DNA of 64,000 nucleotides from Convolutriloba macropyga. Lineage: Eukaryota. Below, piece after piece: positions 50,291 to 62,333 of the stretch. The stretch spans positions 55,614,001 through 55,678,000 of the forward strand of contig NC_134477.1 in assembly GCF_964194025.1 (NCBI RefSeq), written 5' to 3'. Both the position numbers and the translations under genes were made by a program. Below the pieces are notes generated by a model, which searched no databases, had not been told where the DNA came from, and was given only the letters and a program-made list of their open reading frames with translations. Within the stretch, counting starts at the first letter, position 1. Every line of letters starts with the position of its first letter.

Positions 50291-53200
50291 TCAGACTATC
50301 ACCACGGGTTTTCCAGGCTCTTTAAATGTTGATGTTGTCGGGCTAAATTTGAGGATGTGAGAGCCAGGAGCAAGCACCTCGTATAATCCCTCTAAGTTCT
50401 TCTTAGAGCGCCGCTTGTCGTGATTTTTCCTTGCCAAATTCAACTCAACCGCTCGCTTCTTCAGAGGAATTGGTGGAGTGGCCTTCGTGTGTAAGAAGCG
50501 AGATTCACCATCCGTGCTTGCCCTCTCTCTGTTTTTGGCTTCTTGCGACGCGCGTGTCATTCCGATCTTGACTTCGATGTCGCTGCGGTAACCATTCACC
50601 CACATGTCATCGGGGAGTATATTTTCTGGCGTCACTGTGTCTTCAGCTAAATAGTGGTTTACAATGCTTTCATATGTGAGATTAGACAATTTAGGCTTTG
50701 TTGATATCACGCTCAGTGGCGTATTAGGTTTTCTTCCAAAGTTTGCTTCAAAGGGCGAGATCTTTGTTGTTTTCTGCTTAAATATTCGCAATTGGTGTAT
50801 TATTATCTTTAATGCATGCTTTACATGAAACGCGTTAGTAGACGATTTTTCCTCTTTGATAAATGCAAGTCTATTTTTTTATCGTTCGAATGAGTCTTTC
50901 TACCAATCCAATAACGCGATGATCGTTTACTGAAGCTTCAATTATATCAATCTTGTTTTTGTTACAGAAGGTCTTTACTTGATTGCCAACCAAACATTTA
51001 GCCTGATGCAATCGAATAGATCGTGGAATTCCGTGATTTTCAATATACATGTCCAAAAATTTTAGAACATTGGTTCCGTTTGCTTTGTTATAAATACAAG
51101 CAGTAGGGTATTAAGAAAAACGATCAATAGCAGCTAAGAAGTAAATTACATTACCTTTTTCATCAAAAAATGGATCTCCAAAATCGATTTGGATTTCTTG
51201 AATTGGTTCAACACACGGTATTTGGGGATGAAATTGCTCAGCGGGAATAACAGATTTAAGGTTCTTACCAATCAGAGCTTGCACTCTGTAGCTTTTACAA
51301 TAAGCTCACGATGCGTGTATGGCCACCAGCAATGCGTGGCCATGCATATCATACCCCATGTGCCCGGATGGCTGGAGTGAATGTCGTCAGTTAATGCCTC
51401 TCGCAGGACATTTGGTATAGCGACTTTTTTCATCTGTGCACACACAGCCAGAGCGCACATGGAGATCTCTCCAATAAGAATGAGTGCACGGGTTTAGAAC
51501 TTTAAGACAACTTCCTCTTTTAACACTGCGTCTTTGCTTGTTAAAGACGCAATGATAGACTGATTAAAGATCTTTGACACAATGTAGTCGAAGGTTGGTA
51601 CATGTGGGCTGGGCGTAAGAGGGGTACTGACATTAGAACAGGGAGCCGGAGATGTCGGTGTTGTTATTTGTAGGGGACCGTGATGCGCTTTTTAGAAGGC
51701 ATATTGTTACTTTTCTTGCTTATATAGTTTATTTCTGAGGAAGATTTAGATGATAATGAGTTTTTTGAGTTGGAAGTGAATGACTGATTCGTAAGCTAAT
51801 TGTTTGTAAGATTATTCGAGGAATATCTCCTAATTGGCGGGATTTTAGATTGAGTAATTTGAGTCTCGCGCGGCGCGAGAGCCAATTCATTCCGATTTTG
51901 GAATATTTGTTTACACTTATTTGTATTTCGCCTAGCGAGAGAAATGTTAAGTGGTAATTGCGATGCGGGATCTACATTTTTTAAATTTTTAAATTACACT
52001 TAATTTTTGAGGCTAGCTTTAACGGAGCGGGGGAATGGTAATAACCATGCTTGTGTACTCGTACAGCATGTACGCTAATTAAGTTTATCACCCTATTGTT
52101 GGCTTCAATTTTAGGTGTGATTTTCGATGCGGGATTGTGTGCTTTTAATAATTGGTGTAAATGAGGTGCAGGTTTTGCATTGTTCAATTCCAATGAAATA
52201 ATAGATGCAGAAATTAACTTTAGTTTGGCTACTATAAATTCCTCGTCATACGCAGAGACTGTTCTTAAGCTTTTTGATACAGGTGTCTAGAAATGTAGTC
52301 AACTAAACCCATTTTTGCACATGGTAGATGTTCAATATCAAATTGAAATGGGAGTAAACGATCGAACCAGCGAGTTAATCTACTTTTGTATGATTTATTC
52401 GATCTATTTTCTTCCATGATAGACAGAAGAGCTCGATGAACCGTAATAACTGTAAAACTTTTTTTCCGTGAAGATAATTTTTAAAATATTCAATAGACCC
52501 TCCGAGGAATTCAGGTTCATTTACGCTATAGCGCTCTTTGCAAGGATTTAAAAAAACGAAACGTGAATGCAATTGTCTTCCACCCATCAACTGTCAGCTG
52601 TTCAAATGCCACTCCGAGATCAAAACGGGACGCATCACAATTTACGCGTGTTTCGAGTTGCGGGTTATAATGACTATTTGCAGTTGCGTTCATGATGCGA
52701 TTCTTTATTTCATTAATGCAATTTTGGTGTTCCTCCGTCCAGATAAACTTTGTTGTCTTTTTCAGTAAAGGACGGAGGGGATGACTAAATTGAGCAAGGC
52801 TTGGAATAAATGTACCAATGTAATGAACCGACCCCAGAAAAGAACGGAGTTTCTTTAGCGTTTTCGGAGCATCAAGGTCTAAAATCGCAGATGTTTTACC
52901 CTCGAGGGGCGAGATATCCGATTGGGAAAAATGACACTCTAGTCAATCGATTTCTAAATTTCCAAGGTGACATTTAGGTTTATCCTAAGGTTTTCATCAT
53001 CTAATCGTTTAAAGCAGTTCGTGACATAGCATTTATGTTTTTTCAGAGACCCCTTGCTTACAATCAAAATGTCGTCTAAAAAACAAAAGGTATTCTTTAA
53101 ACCAATTAAGGTATATTCCATTGCTTTTTGAAATTCTGCTGGCATATCTGTTAGCTCGTAAGTACCGGTCATATCACCACTAATTATGTTAAAGTTACAA

Positions 53201-54169
53201 TGATTTGCCGTGTTAGTATCAAAATTTAATTGGCTGTATGCGTACTTCAAATCTAGCGTAGAAAAATATGTTGTGTTTTGCGACGCGGGACATGACTATG
53301 TTGTGTTTTGCCGAGAAATGAATTCGATAAGATGTCAATTTTTGGCATCTGATATTTGTTCTTGTGAATGGTTCTATTTAATATTTTTGAAACGAGTGTA
53401 AGCTTTATCGTTTGATCTTTCTTTACGGTGACCACTATTGGTGATATGAAATATTTATCAGGACAACTTGAAATTTTTATTATATGTTTTGCGTCTAACA
53501 ATTTCTTAATCACGTTATTGACTTTTTCTTGTAAGTTAATTGGAATACGTCTACCTTTTTGATGTCTAGATTGAATTTTTTGTGAAACTGAGATTTTTCC
53601 ACATGATTTTTAGGTCTTCCGATGCGAGATATCAGTTCTGGAAAAGTTTTTGCGATTTGTTCTTTAAATTCTGGCGATGAAAAAATGTTGTTGTTGCGAT
53701 TACTTTTATGAGATGTAGATTGTGTCACTGCTAATCCGAGTTGATCAAACAAGTCACGGCCAATTAGAGATTTTTGTCCATCAGCTACAACAGTGAATGT
53801 TGCTGAAACACAAGTCCATCCGTTGCTTGTGATTGGAGATTGTATCTTTCTTTCGACCTGGATTGGTTCTTTCGTGAAAGTCCGAAGTTGCGGGGACGTC
53901 TTTTCGCTGATCCAGAAGGCGCGAGGACTACTTTGCGAAACTTGTGATTCTAGTGAACGATTAAGAATACTAAATGCGCTACCGGTGTCCACGAGCAGTG
54001 TATTATTAATATTACCGGTCTTGATGAGCATGTTGAGGGGTTCTACTTTCTCTACTGCATTCTCGATCATCGCAACCGTGTTATCCTCCCCGATACTATA
54101 GTCCCATTCATAGAGCTTAGCTGGTTGTAGGAAATTCACTGAATCCTCGGGATGCGGTTCTTCTTCCAC
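50291..54169 (-). pseudogene. pol: Gypsy pol (PR, RT, RNase H, INT), fragmented
   Basis: LLVDTGS, FISPIVVTVKKDQTIKL, MPAEFQKAM..FCFLDDILI, ERYSVNE, IHSSHPG..CWWP, HGIPRSIRL, GLVERLIRTIK, SPFEANFGRKP. Confidence 0.95.
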
Positions 54170-54179
54170 AATGTTTACC

Positions 54180-55199
54180 GTCTTTTTCTGAGAGTTTTGT
54201 GGCTTTGCATTCTTTTGTTTTCTGCAAACTTTCGCAAAATGAATTAAAAGTCAGCAATTGTTGCAGGTTTTACCTTTTGCGATACATTTATCACGATGAT
54301 TTGGAAGCCAAATTCCTACTCAGTTGGAACAACAGGGTGTGAAGCGGTTGTTTTGTCTTGGAAATTTATTCGGGTTTTGCCAATTCGGGTTTCGAGAGCT
54401 GTTAGGGAACTGGACTGCGTTGAAACTAGCCAGGATGACAATCTTGTTATGCTGCTCAATTTGATGTTGATTGTGCATCCCAAGTTCCAAGTCAATTGCT
54501 AGCTCTAATGCCTGACGTGGATAAACTGTTTGTTTGAGTAGTTCCTTTTGAATATCAGGGTCTATTAGGTTAGTAATGAAGACATCGCGTATCAAAGTCT
54601 CTTCTTTTTTTTCGAAATCGTCAATTCCTTTAGCTTACCGTTGAAGTGTTTTACTGTTTCTCCCCGGAGTCGTTTCGTATTTAGGAAAACATGACTGCCA
54701 AAAATTTTGTTGCGAGGACAGATGATTGCCTCTTCCTCGATCCTCCAGAATCTATGGTGGTAAGGGTATCAATCATGATATGCGGGTTTTTGCAGTTGAG
54801 AATGCAACGTTCTTCCACCCCAATGCTTACATAGAGTAGAGACACGGTTTTGCGATTCGCAAGTGGCCACAATTTGTCGCCACACATTATGCCGACTTCA
54901 ATTAGACGTTGGCATTTGTTTTGCCAATTCATCTCTTGTTGCGCATGGGGAGCTTTCCTTTCTCTCTCCGATTGTGCAGAAGAGCCAACTATAGTTTCCT
55001 CGTATACTGGTTCAAGTGGAAGGTCCACCATCTCGGGTTTGGGTCCAAGTAACGTATCGAGAATGATATTCTCTTTTGCCGATAGTGCCAATTTATATTG
55101 CACTCTCCATTTCTCCTGGCAAAGAGGAGGGTCGGGTGTAGGTTTATCCCAGGAAGCGTCTATTCCGAGAGGTGTACGCTTAGCTGCTGACTGCGCCAT
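54180..55199 (-). pseudogene. gag: Gag with CCHC zinc knuckle, frameshifted
   Basis: MAQSAAKRTPLG..., IRDVFITNLIDPDIQKELL, CIAKGKTCNNC*LLIHFAKVC. Confidence 0.9.
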
Positions 55200-55588
55200 G
55201 TCGTACTCTATATAAATATAGTAGCTACTCGCGATGCGGGTGCGTTTACTATTGCTTAAATTGTGATTCGCGGAGCGAAATCCTGACTTGAGTATCTTGT
55301 GCTTACTCGCGGAGCGAGATTACAAAGAGAATTGTTCAACTAGTATTGAATTGCGAAACTTGAAGAATGAACTGAAGTGCTTATAAACGAATCTAGTACG
55401 CGTGATCAGACATGTTTGATCACGAAGCACCAAACCAAGAAAGGAAGTATTGAACTGATCATAAGATACGAAGTGAACAAATATGAATTAAATGATGAAG
55501 GGCAAATAAATTGAACTAATTTAAGGGCATCTTATAAAAGAGTACTGCATCAAATAAAAAACAAAGGATGATATCCTTGGGTGTCACA
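55199..55588 (-). repeat. 5' LTR (390 bp)
   Basis: About 90% similar to the 3' LTR by eye, with ~117 extra internal bp. Confidence 0.95.
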
Positions 55589-55593
55589 GGTTA

Positions 55594-56138
55594 CAATCAC
55601 GGAGAATCAGCTGGGAACTCACACAATGGGTCACAAAGTTGCTGTGATCAGTGGGCATCACTATCTTCACGTTAATGGAACAGATTTTCCCGACAACTAC
55701 GTTGCTGGAAGCATTCAGTACACATTTTTATGGGAGGAAGGGCAGATTCCCGAAAACTGGTTCAATACACCCGAGACAAGTCAAGTATTCAGTCCAGAAT
55801 CACAAAACAAACTTCTCCAGATAGTGAGCAATGCAGGCAGCAGTGAACAAAGCGAATTGAGTGTAGATACTAGCACCACGTGCTCATTTAACGATCAGGA
55901 AAACTTCGATCCAGATCAGTATTATGATTCGACTAATATTTCAACTACTTCATCAATGACAACTCCCTCCATAGAGGATGGAACAGCTCATAATCCAATT
56001 GTGCTGACTGATGAAGCTCCGATAACTCCCATCAGTGTTCGACCTACAGAACCGCTAGCAATCGTTGAAAGAGTCCGATCATTTGTCAATGAAATTCAAA
56101 ACTTGCCAGATTATGTTGTGAGAACTCTCTTTGAGTAA
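55594..56138 (+). CDS. C-terminal part of the interrupted 239-aa ORF (acidic, S/T/P-rich tail)
   Basis: Open frame of 180 codons in AT-rich DNA, in frame with 48053. Confidence 0.7.
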
Positions 56139-56429
56139 ATTTGATATTGTAAATTTTATTATTGAATTCTTTTAAAGTACTTTGTGATGTATTTACAGTT
56201 TTGTTTGAATTGATAAGTTGAACTATTTCCTTACTCCAAATACTATGCAGGCTATGTTCAAACAAAACACAGCAACGTTTGTCAAATTTTTATAAACAGT
56301 TTTCGATAAATTCTGCTTCTTAACAAAAAAAGTCGATTTAAAAATTTATTTTTAAGAAAAAAACTGAAATATTTTTTCGATTTTTATTAAAAAAACCTTG
56401 TTTTGAAAACTGATATTTATTAAAAATAA

Positions 56430-58506
56430 AAAGTTCGCAAGTTTTCATTTAAAATGTATTGAAAATTTCTTCTTTTTGCTTAAAATCATATCGTATAATG
56501 AAGAAAAATAAATATTTTTGGGTTTTTGAATAACATATTTTAAATTTTTTCGATATTTAAGAAAATTTTTTATGAAAAAAATTTGATATTTAAGAGAAAT
56601 CGTTGAAAACCTTTACGATTTTAAAGGGAAAACTTTGAATAGATTTTTGATTTTTAACAAAAAAGTTGTCTCAATTTTCCATTTTAAATGAGCCACTTTT
56701 TTGTAAAATTGATTTTTAACAATAAGTCAAAATAAGACAATAGATCAAAATATAAAAACAGATACAAATAAAAAAACTCAAACAAGAAATTAAATACGCT
56801 ATTTTCGAATTTCAAGATACAAATAAAGATTATCAAATATGCCATGACCATCTAACAAACAATCAACAACCTTTATAAATTCACTCTCATACTTTGAGTT
56901 TCTAAGGGAATGGATTCTATCTAAAAACGATGATCCAAGGGTTTGAGTACTCGCATTTCTTTGTTCAGCGCGTAGTATGTAACGCTTGATCTTCTTCCTA
57001 CTCAATCGTTTTTTGGAGATTGTGGGTACTTTTTCCGTGTACTTATTCTCCAAGTTGCACTCCACCGCTCTGGTTAACTGGGTAAAGACCAGTCCTGACT
57101 CTTATATAATGGAAGCAAACAACTGATATTTAAAGAGTGTGTACAAGCAATTGACTGTTTGACAAAAATAAGACAAATTTTCTATTTTTTCTAGTATCTC
57201 CTTCACTGAGGATGAAATGAGAATAATGTAGTAGCGACAAGTCTTTATTGGACAAAAATTGTCGTTATGAGTAGCAACGGAGTATTTTTTAGTGCGCAGA
57301 TAAAGTTTTTACCCCTTAACTGATACAGAAATGAATAATGTGTTGTCGTTATATTTTCTGTAAAATGGAGTTAAAATCTGATACATTATTGCTGACACAA
57401 TATCGGGATAACAGAATAAAACAAATATATGGAAACAAAAAATACGGTAACGTAACTTTCTATTTTTAGAGGTAATAATTTCTGTTTCGATAAAAATAGA
57501 AAATTACGTTACCGTACTTTTTGTTTCCATATATAGTTTCTATTCTGTTGTCCCAATATAGAAATGGCAGAAATAATGTGTCAGGTTTTACCTCAATTTT
57601 ACAGAGATTATAACGACAAAACATTATTCAGTTCTCTATCAGTTAAGGAGTATAAACCTTATTTAATCGTTAAAAAATACTCCGTTGCAACTCATAACGA
57701 GAATTTTTGTCCACTAAATACTTATCGCTAACACATTATTCTCATTTCATCCTCAGTGAAAGAGATACTAGAAAAATTAGAAAATTTTTCTTATATTTAT
57801 CAAACAGTCGATTGCTTGTACACACTCTATAAATATCAGTTCTTTGCTTCCATTATAGAAGAGTCAGGACTGGTCTTTACCCAGTTAACCAGAGCGGTGG
57901 AGCACAATTTGGAGAATAAATACGTGGAAAAAAAACCAGTATCTCCAAAACCGATTGAGGAGGAAGAAGTTCAAGCGTCACCTACTACGCGCTAAACAAA
58001 GAAATGGGAGAAATCAAACCCTTGTATAATTGTTTCTAGATAAAAATCATTCCCTTAGAGAATCAAAGTATGAGAGTGAGTTTATAAGGATTGTTGATTG
58101 TTTGTTAGATGGTCATGGCAAAATTGATAATCCTCTTTTGTATCTTGATATCAGAAAATAACGTATTTAAATTCTTGTTTGTATTTTTTTTTTGTATTTG
58201 TTTTCATATTTTGAAGTAACATATTGATAAAAATCAATTTTACAAAAAAGTTTTTTTCTTAAAAATCGAAAATTGAAACAACTTTTTTTGTTAAATTTGG
58301 AAAAAATTTTCAAAGTTTTCTCTTAAAAGTCGAAAATTTTTTCAAAGTTTTCTATTAAATATCAAATTTTCAGTCAAAACTTTATTTAAATGTCGAGAAA
58401 ATGTTCAAAATGTGTCATTCAAAAACGTAAAAATATTCATTTTACGGTATGATTTTGTGCAAAAAAAGAAGTTTTGTTTACATTTTCAAATGACAACGTT
58501 TGAACT
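56430..58506. repeat. Central ~2.1-kb inverted repeat with a 22-bp spacer (57469-57490)
   Basis: tacggtaacgtaactttctattttta / taaaaatagaaaattacgttaccgta. Mirrored ORFs at 56799-57065(-) and 57756-57995(+). Confidence 0.95.
56799..57225 (-). pseudogene. Hypothetical ~140-aa gene with one stop; mirror copy at 57735-58161 is frameshifted
   Basis: VKEILEK.EN.SY..QTV.CLYTL.KYQ.FASII.ESGLVFTQLTRAVE.NLENKY is shared by both copies. Confidence 0.5.
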
Positions 58507-61500
58507 ACATTTGAAAATGCCACACTAATAGGCATGGTTACAACAGACTCCGTGATTGGAACCTGTCCCTGCTGATATGTGTCAAATTGTTGTCGCTGGT
58601 GCTCAATAATGTGCCACACTGTAATAGGCATGGTTACAACAGACTAGTAGAGCCCATTCGACAAGTCTCTGATGCTTATCTGAGCAGTCTCCTCTGTGAA
58701 AGAAACTGAGTAGAGAAGGCTGTTGTTCTGCACTGTAAATTCCATTTCTCAATCTGTTGAGATGAGAAGAAGGATTAGAGTCAAAGGTAGTTGAGACAGA
58801 GGTAATGTTGTTTTAAGAGAAGAGAAAGCAAGTGATGTTGGTTGAATTTTTCAGCTCAATTTATTCTAAACTGCAACCAATGAGAACAAAGTTTCCAAAA
58901 AGGGCAATTTTTAGCAGAAAAAGTGATGTTATTATCCAGAAAAGGAAATGCATCAGTTCTGAATTTACCAAAAAAGGAATCAACTCATAGAAAATCTAAC
59001 AATACTATACGAAACAGGTAAGCTCAATACTGAATAGTGGACCAAAAAAGGTAACTTTTTTACGTGTTATCCTAATTAACAGCCAAAGATGGATAAGTTG
59101 GGAGAAATGAGTTGACGTAATTGACCAAAAAAGTCAGGCTTTGATAATTTCTCTCCATGTGGTTAAATCCCAAATTTTTCATCAAAAATTTTTCAAAATT
59201 CGCTCTAAATTATTGTATATAAATGTTTGGGAGTCGTATTCCAAATCGTACTCTCTCCCACTCTGCATTGTAGTCCTGGTGATATAGAACGAACAGCGCA
59301 CTCTGCAGAGATGAAGAAATTGTTACTGGTTGGGGAGTTGGTAAAAAATTAGACTCAGACAGATTTCTGTACTGTTGCATAATTTCTGGGACAAAATTCA
59401 ATATCAAAAGCATTTCATACTTGTTGATGTGTAGTTCTGACAATAAAACGAAAGATTGTTTTGTTATGTAGTCATCATACTCGAATTTTTCGATGGAGAA
59501 GGTTGCATATTCAAATCCTTTACTAATTCGGATGATTCTGTTGTTTGAGAAAAACGTCCAAGAAATTGTAAAAGAAGTAAGAATCAACATCAATTTCGTC
59601 TACTCTGTAAGCATCAGTGATTCCCTCCTTTCTTTTGTATATTTTTTCCAAAAGTTTTAAGTGATAAGAAATGATGTCATTTCCATAAATGAAAGTTATG
59701 AGTCATCGACGAGCACCCCAAAACTACATAGGAGCTTAAATCATTACACTTTCTGTTTTTTCATATTGAGTTGCTCCGCAATTTACGTGAAATTTACTCA
59801 ACTTAAAGATTAAGTTGTTCCGCATTGTTTTTAGGCTTTAATCAATTTATCTTGAAATGAATAACTTTTTTGTTAACTCTCACATTGAAATGCTAAAAGT
59901 TCAAAATTTGATTGCTAAATATGACATGATTAACCAAAAACTCTTGATTAGTGAGACTTTATCTTGTCTCGTATATATTCTCAATTCTTCACGAAGAAGA
60001 GTAAAGATTCATTTTTCTAATCATTATACAACAATGAACAATACGCATACAACTATGAGTTGGAAAAATGTTCCCAATTCCTTTCCTGCTCAGCAACTTC
60101 CGAGGAAGGATAATGGATCAGTGCAAGAAAGTGATAACAAACAGACAGAACAACTTACAAAATTTCATGAGTCTGAGAATTTCGACCGGGATTGTCTTTC
60201 GATATTGGAGACGTTGGCTTTTAAACTATATGGATCACAAGAATTGGTTAAAAACACAGATAGGGTGATTAGTGCTTCCCTCTAATCGCGATCCTTGCAA
60301 TCTTTCTAGAGGATGAGTAGTCGCTGATTATGGTAGGCTTTTTTGACATTTCAGAGACAAACTGAGTTTCTCAATACATTAAAACAAAATATTTGCCGTT
60401 GACTTTGTGATTTTGCTGTTGACTTTCTAAACTTAGAAGAAATATTGTTTTCAAAAGTTGTACTTGATTTTTTTGATATCTAATTATTATATTTTTTCAG
60501 TAACAATTTTTTATACTACGAAATTTAGGTGATAACTGCTTTGAGCAGTGCTAGTGAGTATTTCTGTAAGAGAATGAGTTTCATATAGTAGATTGGTTGC
60601 ATTTGTAAAAACAATTTTTGTTATTTTTCTTTTCCTAAATTATATTGTTAACTGATTTAGTAAATTTTCAGCGTCTTTTGCCGCCTAACATTTAAAACAA
60701 GTGATATTAAGCATTATTAGTGTGAATTAATGTTAAATTTTTGCTGGAGTCAGACTTTTGGCAGCTTATCAATCAATTCTTGGCAGCTTATCAATCCTTG
60801 AGATACACAAAAATGGGTTAGATATATTCAAAATACTAGAACAATCGGTATTTTTTACAGAGAAAATTTTCTGTTGCTTTTTTGGTGAAATAATTTGTGT
60901 AGGAAAGGAAAATTCATGTACAGTTTAACAAATATGAGTGAGAGGAAAATGAGAAAAAGAGGCAAAGTTCGAATTTTTTGCCACGGAATGAACTAACTAA
61001 ATGTTTTAGCACTTTTCCTCTAACTTTTTGTCGACAGTCTAGTCTCAAGAACAATTTGTTGAATTTGGTAGGCAAGTACCTATCGTTTTTTGATTTTCCC
61101 GGGAGATTTTGTAAAACAAGTTATAATTTTTACAGATTTTATGCTTCGAACAGACAAATTTTATGCCATACGCAACGATTATTGTATGAGTTTTGTACTT
61201 CTTCTGTTAGGTTTTGCGAGCTCAGCTGTATCACGCAGACGAATGATTGAACTGGGCGCGCAAAGTCGTTTGCTTTCATTGCCTGTCCTGAGAAATTCTC
61301 GTGGAGAGCCACATTTCTTCGCAAAATTTGTTTCGAAGCAACTCATTTTGTACTAGCTGACAAGAAATTGTGTGTACTAGTCTTTCAGCTATCTTTTTTT
61401 AATCGTCTTTAATTTTTAACAAAATTGGTTAAATTTGATGGGTGAAAATAAAATTTTTCATTTTTTATTCGTTTTAGTAAAGAATTAAAATTTTTCAAGT

Positions 61501-62261
61501 TTGCTTCAATTTAGTAGAGTTTATGCCATTTGATATCAATTTTGCGTAATTTTGAGCTTTGTCATTGTATAATATTTGGAAAATCTGCATCAAATAACAA
61601 ACTGTTCACTCTGACGATATTTATATTGCACTTGTAAGTTGTTGATCAGTATTCTGTAGTTTTTATATTGTATTTTGCTCATTTTTTAAGCTCTCTATAT
61701 TTGTACTGGTTTATTTAATTTATTTAATGAAGGTCAGCATTTTCAACCAATCAGAATCAAGTAATTAACTTAGTCTAGAACATATAGAAAAGAGCGCTCT
61801 ACGCCACAAAATACATTAACTTGCTAAAATTAACATTTTCCTAAATAATTAGCATAGATTCTAACCAGCTAATCGACTAAGCACGTTTTATGACTAGCTT
61901 TTTTAGTGCGGGTAGTAGTTTTCCTGTTTCGATGTAAATTTAGTGCAAAAAACAGAATAAACAGAACATGCTGACTAATGAAGTCGATATTATTTTTTTA
62001 ACAATTGTGACTCTTACTCAGTTAGCTACGCAAGTTTATCATTTTATCGACTTTATTAACGCACTCGGTTAATTGTGCCTCAGTTTTAAGTTTCTTGATA
62101 CTTTTTCAATGTAAATCTTAGATTGAGTATGTATTTTATTGTGCTTAGTTTATACTGTGTCTATTATTTTTTAATTTTTAGTTCATTTGCTTTTCTATTA
62201 TTTGACATTTTTCCAAGTTATGAGCGATTACGAGTTCACTAGTACTGTGACAATGTCATAT

Positions 62262-62333
62262 TAGCAAGAGGTAGTTTCGATCTACCAACTTCTGGGTTAT
62301 GACCCCATCACGCTACCACGGCGCCATTTTGCT
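62262..62333 (-). tRNA. tRNA-iMet: Initiator tRNA-Met(CAT) copy in the right arm, identical to 40089-40160
   Basis: Exact reverse complement of copy 2. Confidence 0.85.

Larger units (their letters stand above)
48228..55588 (-). mobile_element. Full-length decayed Ty3/Gypsy LTR retrotransposon
   Basis: TG..CA LTRs, 5-bp TSD ggttc/ggtta, PBS TGGCGCAGTCAGCAG, short PPT aaggggca, and gag-PR-RT-RH-INT order. Confidence 0.95.

Noticed and set aside
53793-55215. Plus-strand ORFs of 102 and 121 aa
   Set aside because: Antisense shadows of Gypsy gag and protease.
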